The notes below the pieces were generated by a model. That model saw only the letters and a list, made by a program, of their open reading frames with translations. It searched no databases and was not told the DNA's origin. A DNA stretch of 64,000 nucleotides, taken from Vicugna vicugna (Eukaryota). The stretch spans positions 15,929,140 through 15,993,139 of the forward strand of contig MU063896.1 of assembly GCA_013265495.1 (NCBI GenBank), given 5' to 3'. The translations under genes and the position numbers were made by a program. Of this stretch, positions 24,801-36,800 are shown piece after piece. Within the stretch, counting starts at the first letter, position 1, and each line of letters opens with the position of its first letter.

Positions 24801-27800
24801 TAGATCCCTGAGTATTGGAGAGAATGAGGACTAGTAGTCAGTATGGGATAGCAGATAACTGAGCTGATGTCATTCATGTGTAGCTAACCTAGATCTCACA
24901 GAAGCTCAGATTACACTGAGGGGTAAAAATAGTTCTTTCTCCTTTTTTTTTTTTCTGCATTAGACATAAAGGGATTTTGTATAGAAAACATTTTGTGTAA
25001 AACAGGTTATCTATGTATGTTTGTTTGTGTGTAATAAACATATTCATATATGTACACAGAAGATTTATGAAGGTGGAAGATAAATGTGAATGTAATTTGG
25101 AAAATTTAAAGAGGATTAGAGATATAAGAATTTAAACTATTTCTCTTGTTTTGAAAAGATTAACACAGCTATGCTGTTGGGTTTTTTCCCCCCCTCAGAC
25201 AGGATTGTTAGGTGACTCTTAGTTTCAGTGAATTGGAACTGAGATTATTGCTCACAGCCTTGAAGAGTTAGGGTTTGTCAAGTGCAGGCAAAGTTGAATT
25301 GATTAGAAGAAACGTTATTATCCCTTAATCCTGTCCACCAAAAAAGAGAAAGAAAGGAATCTCTAGAATTCTTCTACTGGTTTATGCATAGGTACACATC
25401 ACTAAATGAAACTTACGCTTTCAAATTTCCATAGTTGAGTTTTGTAGGTGTTATTCCAACACACTGTGGACATTGAGACTGGCTTCCTCCTTGGAAAATT
25501 CTTCAACCTGAAAAAATCCCAACACCATTCTTAATATTGAATCCCAGAGACTTTATAGTAGGAGAAAAAATGGGGAGTTGGACTCTCATTACAACCTGTT
25601 TGTATTAGCCTCTGTGCTTTGTTTATTTAATCACTTGTTCCTGAACTTATTTTTTTCTTTGCTTCCATTTATTGACTGCCTTTCAACTTCATATAACATG
25701 GCATTGCATGAATAAAAGAGTATGTACATTTATTTTACCTTGAAATGGTAAGCTGTTCATCAATTCATAACTTCCCATCTCCTATTAGGGTAAGGCCTAT
25801 ATTCAGCGAATAAATTTAAGTGTTTGGGTGTTCTGTCGTGAGAATGATAAATTTCTCTCACCACACGAATACCCCTTCGAGCTTTTCAATGCTAAGATTG
25901 AGCAAAAATCAACTTCAGTTAAAAATTCTCCCTCTCCCTTGTCTGATTATCTTTCATCCTCCCATCTCCTGTCCTCTCCCTCCCCCACCCCATGNNNNNN
26001 NNNNNNNNNNNNNNNNNNNNNNNNNNNNNNNNNNNNNNNNNNNNNNNNNNNNNNNNNNNNNNNNNNNNNNNNNNNNNNNNNNNNNNNNNNNNNNNNNNNN
26101 NNNNNNNNNNNNNNNNNNNNNNNNNNNNNNNNNNNNNNNAAGAATGAGAAACTGTGTGCTAGCGTCACCTCCCCTATTCCGAGGGTGCCACTCCCATGCA
26201 GTGGCCTCAGCCGTCGCCCTCTCCCGTGTTGGCGTAGCTCTCGCATGCTCCCTGGCTGTCTTTGCATGGCAGGCGGCACACACGGTATTCAAGTTTGCGA
26301 TGGAAAACTCTTAGTAATTCAGAGCTCAACTCTACTGTCAGTGTAAGACACAATTTAAGTTCAAGGCTGCGAAACTGAGGTGTGAGATTTCCTTAAAGGA
26401 TACTGGTTTGGTTTGGTTTGGTTTGTTTGGGGGTCTTTTTTGGGTTGTTTTTTGTTGTTGTTTTTTTTTTTTTGCCATACTGATTTAAAACCTTTGTTAA
26501 CTGATTTCTGTTTTTCTAAGAAAAGTCATGTTACTACAGACATAAATTGTGCTTTTTTTTGTAGCAGTGTGACTATTTGAAAAGGATGTGAGAATAAAGA
26601 AGTGAGAGGATAAGAAAAGGTGAATTTTGATGTCATCTCTCAATGGCTACCCAAATTTATACTCAGCAAAGGAAAATTGTTTTCTGGAGAGAATATTGAG
26701 GTGAAAAATAAGGAGAAAACCATAAAGTTAAATGGTGTTTAATTCACATCTAGATATTGGCTTGGTATTTTCTTAAGAGATAATAGGATAGATTTTAGGA
26801 GGATGGAGGAGGTATGAGATAGATACGGCAAATAACCAAAACTTCAAATTGGTTAAGGTACTTAGAGTAATGAGCTGTCCATGGTGAATGTGAAATAGAG
26901 TATGTCAATATAAGAACCTTATGCTGGATAAAAGTAAATCATAATATTTGCTTAATCATAACATCCTGTCAGCTTTTAAATACAGAGTTCATAGCAAACA
27001 GAGACATTAGTTTGTTGGCTATTAGAGAATTTTTCCTGAATTATAACAGTCTTACTTCTGCTGATGGTGGAATGTATTTTAAGACTAAAACTGCTGACAA
27101 ATCTGAAAAGATTTTGGTTGCATTGTTGGAGAATGGATACTAAAGTGAGGATTGTTGGTTTTCCACTTTAGGATTAGTGACTGCCTCTTGCTTTATATCT
27201 GGGTACTTAGCTGAATTGTTTCAGACAGAATTGATTTTGATTATGGAATGAACCAGTGACTTGGAACTTATTAGGGGACTGACTGACTCTTAAACTCAGT
27301 TTTGTGAACATTTGAACACACCAATTTTTGAAACTGATTTCATGGTTAATGTCTATCTTATGCATCTATTAAAATGCAAATGAATTAATTATGTTATACT
27401 GATATGGTAACAGATTCTGACAATAGATACATGTAAAATTAATTTTAAAATTCTTTTTTCTTTTTAAATTAGGTACTGGGAATTAAACCCTGGCCTCATG
27501 CATGCTAAGCACACACTTTACCACTTAGCTACACCCTCTCCCCAGTTTTAAAATTCTTAAATGTAATCTTTCATTTAAAAAATTCAGAAATCCAAATGAT
27601 TATTAGGGTGAGAACAATATCTCAGTATGGAAAGGAAAGGTCAATAATTTTATGAAAATGCTGTTTCTTTAAATAATGTACTTCTAGGATGGCATGCAGG
27701 GAAGTGATTGTGTTTCTTCTGTGCTCATTTTTTTAATTGCAGATACATATAGTGAATATAATAAAACTTGGATTAGAACCTATTAAATAGAACAGATCTA

Positions 27801-30800
27801 TTTTTTTTAGTCAAGAGTACAAGAGAAAAGGCTTTTGAAAGATGGAGATATTGATGTTCACTTCCCCACAGGACAGCTGTGACCACAGAGGTTAAGAATA
27901 ACTTAGAGCATCTAATGAGAAAAGCTGGCAACATTTAGTAATGTACTCAGGAATACCTAGAGGGAACAGTGACTCCAAACCCCCTAGGGCTTATGATTTT
28001 TTTAACTTTATACCAGAGCAAGACAGCATCTAGTAGGACCTTCCACTGGCTCCCTCAGCCCCTTGCCAACATCTCAGTGAGCTGTCACTGACGACTCCTG
28101 TTTCTTTTAGTGCAGTGGTTCCCCTCAATTCCCTGTCCTTCCTCTTTTCAACACTGCAATTAGCCCACACATTTTGCACCTCTGCTATCCTGCTAGGTGC
28201 CCTTTTACCTGGAATGCTTCCAGATGACTTCAGTCACTTGTTCTCCTCACCCACTCAGGTGTCTAGGGCAGCTGAGATTGCTCCCAAAGAGAAGTACACC
28301 CGAGATGTTTCAGAGATTTATTCTCGTTGATTCTTAGTACTAGCATCAGTAATGGTCCACTTGCAACATCAGCCAGACCCAACAGAATAGGGGATTGGGA
28401 AAGAGAAACACTGGCCCTCCCCGTGGAAGAAGACGGAGAGTCCCAGTGCAACCAGCACACCACACCAGGATCCCCGCACCTGTAACGCAGAGTAACAGCA
28501 GCAGGACACTCTTCACAACAGCTCCCTGAGTGGTATACACTCAGTATCTGCCTTAGACCTCCTGTTGTGTGTTCGCTTTATCATTCATGTTTACCATTGC
28601 TAAATGTCTGTGCCAATAGTCCACTGTCAATCTGATTCCTCTTTTGACTGATTTACAGAGAGGTGATGAAAGCATCTCCTCACAGCCTGCTTCCAAACTG
28701 CAATTATTTTATGTTCCTGGATCAGGCTTACTCCCTGTCACAGGATTTCAAGGAAGCCTTGAATTTCCTTCCTGAGAAGGGTATAAAGCTACATTTTCAG
28801 TGTTGAAGTTTCTTGGGTACAAACATTAAGAGCTGTAGACAGCTCCCACTCCAGTCATCACCAACAGAGAACCTAGTTACCATTTAAATGTTGGAATCCC
28901 ATGATACTCAAATTGATGAATAAAAAAACTGAATAAATAAGTCCCCAGGCTGCAGAGATATTCAATTAGAGTTAGATTAATACATCTCAATTTGCGTTCT
29001 CAATTTCATTTCATGAATTTTTCAGTTAAAATGACCCATTCCATATACTTCTTTTAACAAAAAAAGATATCAGTATAAACATTTTCAGCTAGAAGTTTAT
29101 AAAAATTAGTTTTCAATTTCCCAGGGAACTGTCTGATTGCAGTTTGAATAGAGCATTCCAAGTCCCTTTTCCTGTGGGTTAGATACAAAATCCTTTTTAC
29201 TGCTTTAATTGCCGATTTAGACTTACATTATGTACAAAATACAAATTTGTAATATGTTTCTCTTCTTGGCGTCTGATTCCAACTATTAATAGAGAGGCGT
29301 TATCTCAGGGACAGTCTGGGTCCTTACTGGACATTCTGGGCCTCCACTGCTCATGGCCCCTCATTACCACCTCTCCCCCCAGCCTCCTCACCCGCTCAGA
29401 GTAAGAGACCCTCCCCTGTGCCATGTCAGTCCTTGGAGTGTTCAGGGCACCTGGCTGCAGATAAAACCCTTTTCCATGATCCTCAAGACATTTCATTTCC
29501 TGTCACTGAACACCCACATTCCTTTTTCTGAAGTGTTTTTTAGTTCTTTGTATCTGGAAGCCATATCCTTAAACCTGAAAACTCCCTGATCTATCCATTT
29601 CCTCAGGTCACAGTCTCTCCCCATGACCTCCTAATTACCAACCTTTACGTGAATTCCCTGCTCCTAGAGGACCTTGGACTGACTGTTCTTTCTAGATTTA
29701 GCATTACCACAGCCAAGGTCAGAAGTTTTCTTTATCTGTCTTCAAATATTCTTCCATGTAAATCCTGTTCCTTTACAGATATCCTAAAAAACCTCAGTCA
29801 TTGTTAGCACAAAGTTACCTGGACAAGATTCCAGCAATATTGAACCCAAGGACTCCATTTTCTCAAGTGGCTTATCTGTTATTTTTAAGTCTCTTCTCTG
29901 GAATAGCCAGAACTTCTGATCCTGATGAGATAAACAAGTTCGTGACATCTCCCAGCCGAGTGTAGCCAAGGTCCCCATGGAGAATGAGGTACTTCCTTTG
30001 ATGACTCCAGATACCAAATGCTTCAGATATTCTATAGTAACATGCTTAGCTTCTCTGAACATGCTCGCTGTCTTTCCCAGTAAGCCCTGGATATCTTTTG
30101 AGATAAATAACTCCATGCCAGGACAAATTCCATTCTAAGGACGCTTTCCAGTCTCAACAGCCCTCACACAGACCCACAGACTGCAGCTCAGGATAGGTTT
30201 TTGGGATCTCCATCTCCTCCATCCTCCTCCCTCAGTGCAGACATATACTCGCTCGCTCCCTCTCTCCACCCCCCTCTCTTTTTCTGTTACAAGTTTTGAA
30301 GATAAATCAAAAAAATGAAAAAAGGAAGGGGTTCTGGCATACATTTAAATCAGGCGAGATATTGGTTCCTTCCTCCTCCACCATATTTTCTGTTAGATAG
30401 AGGGTGTGAATTATCTTTTAATTTATGCAAAATTCAGCTTGTGGAGGAGCCTAAGAGTGATTCTTGAAGATAATTGAATGCACATCTGTGCAGTAAGAAT
30501 TAGGGGAGGTTACTGGTAATCTGATTTACAAGAGGAGTTGATATTCTCATTTTCCAAGAATGTTTGACTAACAGTATTTGTAATGGTCAGGTAAAACCTT
30601 CCAGAAGGAAAGGGAAAGGTACTGTGCCTCCACCCATCACAATCTTAGCCCAGATCCAGCCTGGGCAAGGAAGTACCTCTAGTATTTGGGAAAATCTATA
30701 GTAATATGACTTTTTTTACTTAATGCTTTTCCATATTGGCCAGTTCATAAGCCATATTCCTGTATAACAGTTATGTGTAACATACAAAGGTAAACTACAG

Positions 30801-33800
30801 TAATTTATATAATATATATATATTTCATTACAAATATATTTTGATAAATCAATTTCAAATTTAATTGTGAGTCCTTTAAACCGTTACTATATTTAGTATT
30901 AAACTGAGTTATGTTTTCTCTAATGGCATTGGAGCAAGTGAATCTTTCTGTATGTGTGCCTCTTGAATTTTCACCTGTTCAGTGAGTTCTTGCTCCAGGC
31001 TCAGAAAGAAGTAGGCATAAAAAGCCCTCTGATGTGAGTACCCAGACTTTGTAAGAGAATGTCAGCTGCGTCACAGCTCAGACTGCTTTCGGCTGGTACT
31101 GTTTCAGTGGGCTCAGAGCAGAAGCTTATCTGGGATTATGCCTTTTCTCCCTGTCATTGTGTAGTCATCTCTTCCTGTGACAGGAAAAAGCCAGGGAGTC
31201 AGTGGCAGTACTAAATCAGCTCTGGGAAACGAGACTCCTTCCTACCCCAGCCACCTGCAAAATAAATGAGTGCTGTCTCCAAGTGTGTCATCAGAGAGGA
31301 CTCTATTATTGGGGAGAATGGAAGAGATCTTTTCTGTGTAAGAGAATGTGGAACAATGTGCTGTTTGCTGTTTAATAATTTGTGTCCTCCCCTTTTCAGG
31401 TTCCTTTCAGTGCTACCATGTCCCCGGTTCGCTTGCATTCCTCCAACCCCAACCTTTGTGCAGATATTGAATTTCAGACTCCCCCTAGCCACCTCACCGA
31501 CCCTCTAGAAAGTTCAACGGATTATACAAAGCTTCAGGAAGAATTTTGTCTAATTGCACAAAAAGGTAACAACCAATGTAACGTGCCTTTCAGAGAAGCT
31601 CTCTTCTTTGATGGAAAAGTTGCCATGTATTTTCTTATCCGTGTCTGGGCGGTCATGGTAGAAAAATTAAATGATTTATACACTTGTTGGAGCTCTATAG
31701 ACAAAATGAAGCAGGATGTGATGCTTGCCTCCTGGGAGAACATGTATCATAGGGTTACAGTTCAGACTGAATAGAGAAAGTATCATTGAATGGAGAGAAA
31801 AGGCAGAAAGAAAGGGTTATTCTAGGCAGGCTGGCAGACACTATTACTCAGCATGTTTTTCATCATTTAATACATACTTGCACGTTAGCCTTTGCACGGG
31901 GAAAAAAAAGAAGAAATAGATTCTGTTTGAGTCTTTTTTTAAATTGAACAGCACTCACTGATTGTAGCTACAGTTGGTGGGTCAGGAGTTCAGGCTGGCT
32001 TTGCTAAGCAGTTCTGTGCCATGTGACCTTGGCTGGGCTCCCTCAGTGTTACTCAGCTGGAGGCTGGGCTGAATGGTTTAAGGTGGCTTCATCCAGGTGC
32101 CCCGCACTTTGGTTGGAGGCCGAGAGGCTGCACACAACTGTCTCTCTCCCTCTCCACAGCATCTCAGGGCTCCAAAAGAACAGAGCGGATTGGAATGGAA
32201 GTGACCAGCCTTGTCCAAGGCCAGCTCTGGAACTGGAGCAGTGTCCCTTCCACTGCACTCCACTGGGCAGAGCTTCACAGGCCAGTCCAGATTTGAGGGG
32301 AGGGAAAGTCCACCCCACTGTGGAGTCCCTTTTTTGATATGAAATTTCAATAAGGCATGTTGCATATGTTTAACTGCTGTCATCAGCCACAGAGTAAAGT
32401 GTAATAAATAAGCAGGCTCATAGAGTGTAGATGGACCGGGCAGTCTTGTCTGTGTTGACCAAGAAAAGCTCAGCTCCTGAATTAACTCCCTCCCCTCACT
32501 GCTACAGTGTTCTCCACCTTTAATTCAGCCACTGAAATTCATCCTTTGCTTTTGATGGTACCTTCTCAGGCACTGTCTTATAAAATATGTAATCTCTTAG
32601 AGAAAGATATACCTTATGTTACTTTCAGTCACTGACACCTTATGATGAATTAATCACATTTGTTTCCTCTGGGGCTGCTGGTAATAGGTTATAAGATATT
32701 TTTGAAAACGTGTTAAATGAAACATCTCAAGTATCCCCCATAATACTGAAGAGCCCAGTGGCTCAGGAGAAGAAGCGGCATGCTGCGGGCATCTCTGGGA
32801 ATGCTGAAGTCAACAAAAAATGTATACTGTCAAACCATCAGCAAAGATGTGCTGTCAGATATTTCTTTAATTCCGCAACCCTGAAACAGTTAAGCAAAAT
32901 CATCTCCCCCTCCCCTCCCCTTTTCTTTCCTGTGGATTTCTCAGCTGAGATTCTGTACGGCCAGCTCTCTTTCTACTGCTGTTTTACTCCTTACATATTT
33001 TTATTACATTTCTTAGCTGGATGCTAGTCATGTCATTAGACTAGAGCAATGCTTTTCTGTTTATATAACAGCATAGATTTATGGCCAAGAAAGCCAGTAA
33101 CTTTTACTTCTAATACGGGGTTATAGGAGCAGGTAGAATGAGACAACTGTGTGAATTAAATATAGCACAGCTTCTAAAGGAAGATGGATAAATTTGAAGG
33201 TAGCCCCAGGAAAGCTTTGTGTATTTGGTTGCAGTCCCGAGGCTTTCAGGAAATCCAAGTTTCAACAGAATTTTAAAGCCTCTGTTGAAACAACATGTTT
33301 TCTTTTCCACTGTGCTAGAAAAAAAAGGGGGGCTTTTCTATGACTATTGAGTGAACTCTTTAGGAAGAATTATGGATTTTGAAATGAGTGAGAGTCCGCT
33401 TTTAGAGCTGCCAGTGGGGTTAATGTATTTCAGCTATCAAGTTATTACCATAAAACTGATGACAACTAGAATGCAGCACGTAAATCAATAGATGGTGAGT
33501 CCCGTGTGATCCTGCCATTTTTCCCCTTTAATTCAGGCCACTTTTTTGTGCTAAATTGCTCCACTTCTTTTAAAAATAACCTTTCTCAAATAAGGAAATA
33601 TCAGTTTTAGAAGACTTGCATTTTATAGAAACTGCTATTGTAAAGACAGGAGTTGGAAATTTAACCTTTTTGTTTCAAAACTGAAGATTGCCTCAGATTT
33701 TACCAATGTACGTTGTTAGGTATGCAGAAATGGGGGGGATTATTGTTGCTTTTATTTTGTTTTATTTTACTTCCAGCTTTATTAAGCTATAATTTGATAG

Positions 33801-36800
33801 CTTAACATTTATAATTTAACATTGTGCACATTTGGGGTATACATGTCAAATTGATACACTTATATATTGCAAAATAATTACCACCATAACGATAGCAATA
33901 CCTCCATTATGTCACAGAATTACCATTTCATTTTCTGGTGAGAACATTTAAGATCTACTCTCTTAGCAACTTTTAAGTATATAATGCAGTATGATTAACT
34001 GTAACCAACATACATACATTAGATCCCCAGAACTTATTCATCTTATAACTAGAAGTTTGTACTCTCTTTGAAAGCACTTCTGATATCAAGATGTTCTTGG
34101 CTGAGAAAGTAATCCAAGTGCTGTTCTTAAAACCAAATCATTTCCTGTCCCAAAGAGAACTAGTCAGCACTTATCAATCAGCTGACTGATTTATATTGGC
34201 AGGAATCATAAAATGATCTTTTTTGAATGAGCACTTTAGGGAAATAATTTTTAGATAGTTCTAAATGATCTGCATGAGGCTTCATTGTACACAGAACTGG
34301 TCATTATTATCATCAAACATGGCAGAATAAAACTTGTTTCCTTTTCCTTCTAGAAATTATAGATTAGTTTCTAAATATTGAGATTTAAAATTGATATATT
34401 ATATGCTGCCTCCAGGTCTTTGTTGGCCAGTCTGGTGTGAAATGCTAAAACTTTCATCCTGATTAGTTACCATTACCATATTTGTGTTGTGTATAAATAT
34501 TCTATAGACTCCATTTTAAGGCTGACTTTTAATTAGGCTGTAACATAACCTTTCCGGAAAATATCCATGCATGAATTAAAGTGCTGAGAGGTTTATAATT
34601 TTACATATTCTTTCTAGATCTGTTTAATCTTTGTTTCTCACTTTTCTCCCCGATCCAGTGCATTCTCTTTTGAAGTCTGCATTTAATAGCATAGCTATAG
34701 AGAAGGAGAAGCTTAAACAGATGGTTTCTGAGCAGGATCACAACAAAGGCCACAGCACACAGATGGCACGGCTCCGACAGTCACTGTCTCAGGTAAATGA
34801 GAGTGTTTTGTTTCACTCTCATGGCACATTCCTAACCCTAGAGCCAAAGATAGGTGCGGGGGCAGGCCATCCCCAGGAAAGCACATTTGTATGAAATTCT
34901 CTGAAGACAGTCAATATTCAGTTTTATTTCTTTTCCTCCAAAAAATATCAAGGTAAGAGCAAAAATCAACCAAACTTGCTTGCATACATAACTGCTGTTT
35001 TACCCGATTGAATACTTTTAATCCTCTCTATGGTTATTATGAATCCCTGGTTTTAGAAAAAGAATCACGCTTTTATACATGGCTGACATCCACATCTAAA
35101 CTATGTTCCAAAATATGTTCGACCCAATGTTAAATAGAGCAAATCTACCAGATCTTCCACATTTACTATTTTTTCCAACTTACAGTACATTTTAATCTGT
35201 TGAAAAGTACTGATTACCATTACCTACTTATTCTTTTCTGATTTGCACTCTTAGGATTTTCTTCCTGTGTAAATTATGCCTCCTGAAGCTAGACTCTAAT
35301 GTTTCAATATATATATAGCACTATAATATATGTTATTCAATCTATATTGCATTGATCTTGTTGATACTAATCAAATCCCTATGTATTTCAAGGTTGAAAT
35401 TTCTGTTCAAAAGCCTTGAAAACTGCAGTTATGCTTCTGACACTGAGCACTTTCTCTGAATTAGTGTCTTCATTTAATCTATAAATGCACCTTTAAAAAT
35501 TCCTTTGAGAATTCAATGTTGTTATTGATTTTGTATGAGAACTCAGTGTTTATATAAAATATTGTTCACTTCCTGGTGCCTTGGATCAGAGCGAAGGAGC
35601 AAGCAAATCCTGGGTAAGTGGTTTTCCATGTGGGTCAGCTCCTGCTTGAATAGTTTTTCCCTCAGTCCCTACCAGTTAGACTTAAACTGTTTCACCATGT
35701 TTTATGTACCTGAACTGTCAGCTTATTTCCAATCTTAAGTTTCCTGTTATTGAATGCTGTTACCTGGGCCCCACTTTCTGCTGTTCACTGTCACACCCTG
35801 TCAGCTGAGGTGCATATGCTGCTTCCAGTGCAAAACGAAGGGGCGCGAGAGCCTGAGCGTTCGAAGCAGCATCTGTCGTGCCAGTCGTCAGACAAGCCCA
35901 CTTTGTTGGTTTGCCCTGGACTATTCTCAAGTCACCTATCTGTTGAACACTTAGTGCATGTTCATCGGTCTTATGAATCATGATCTGAAAGGATCATGAA
36001 TCAGAAAGATCAACATAATGGTTCGTGAACATGTATCTATCACCTTGTAAATGTGTAAAATACACTCTCACCCCCCTACATGTTGTAGTGTTTTCTTCAG
36101 ATGTGTTTAATGACTGAAGGCTTAGTGATAAAAGATAAGCTTGTACTAAGAAAAATAGGAAAATGTGCTTGATTCTTGCTTGCTTGCTTTTACTTGCTTG
36201 TTGGTAAAACAGAGAATGGTAAACCGAGATCTAGGTTTGGGAGATCAGGTGAGATTAGAAATGATGATGAAGAGAAATTTTAGGCAGTTATTCATTCATT
36301 TAGTCATTGTTTTCATTCAGCTCCTGTATGTTCGGTCCAGTGCAAGATGTAGAACATCCAGGTAAAAGTTGCCCTGGCCATGTTCTGAGTAGCTCGTGAT
36401 CTGACTTGTGAGATGAGCAGTGTTTACTCAGGAGGCAATTAAGTGGACCACACTGTAGTCCATTCCAAGCAGCACATGGATGGTTCAGATTTGTTCAGAG
36501 ACATGAGAGATCCCTGAGCTGTGAGCAGAGCCAGAGATCAGCCTTCGTGGTAGAATCAGTCCTTGACAAACCTGAGTAGACAGAAGTAGTTCACAAGGAA
36601 GATGCTGATACCAACATAATAAAAGTAAAATAAAGCAAAATCACAGCAACTTTGGATGCTTTGGGTTAAATGTTCTCTTCTCTTGTCTAAATGTGTTTAT
36701 TTGCATTTAGAATTAGAGTCTCTGGGGGAGGGTGTAGCTCAGTGGTAGAGCGCATGCATAGCATGCATGAGGTCCTAGGTTCACTCCCCAGTACCTCCAT

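Noticed and set aside
25820-26346. Four overlapping ORFs of 110-172 aa
   Set aside because: Inflated by N codons in the gap; same for the ORFs at 12523-13061 and 60684-60959.
28526-28544. Inverted repeat ctgagtg-gtata-cactcag; similar 7-8 bp stems near 35990 and 42335
   Set aside because: Stems this short are expected by chance in 64 kb; no miRNA-length hairpin or transposon termini.
31401-31410. Second acceptor-like ttcctttcag 11 nt inside the exon
   Set aside because: Explained by the VPFS codons; use would frameshift and the upstream AG is reached first.
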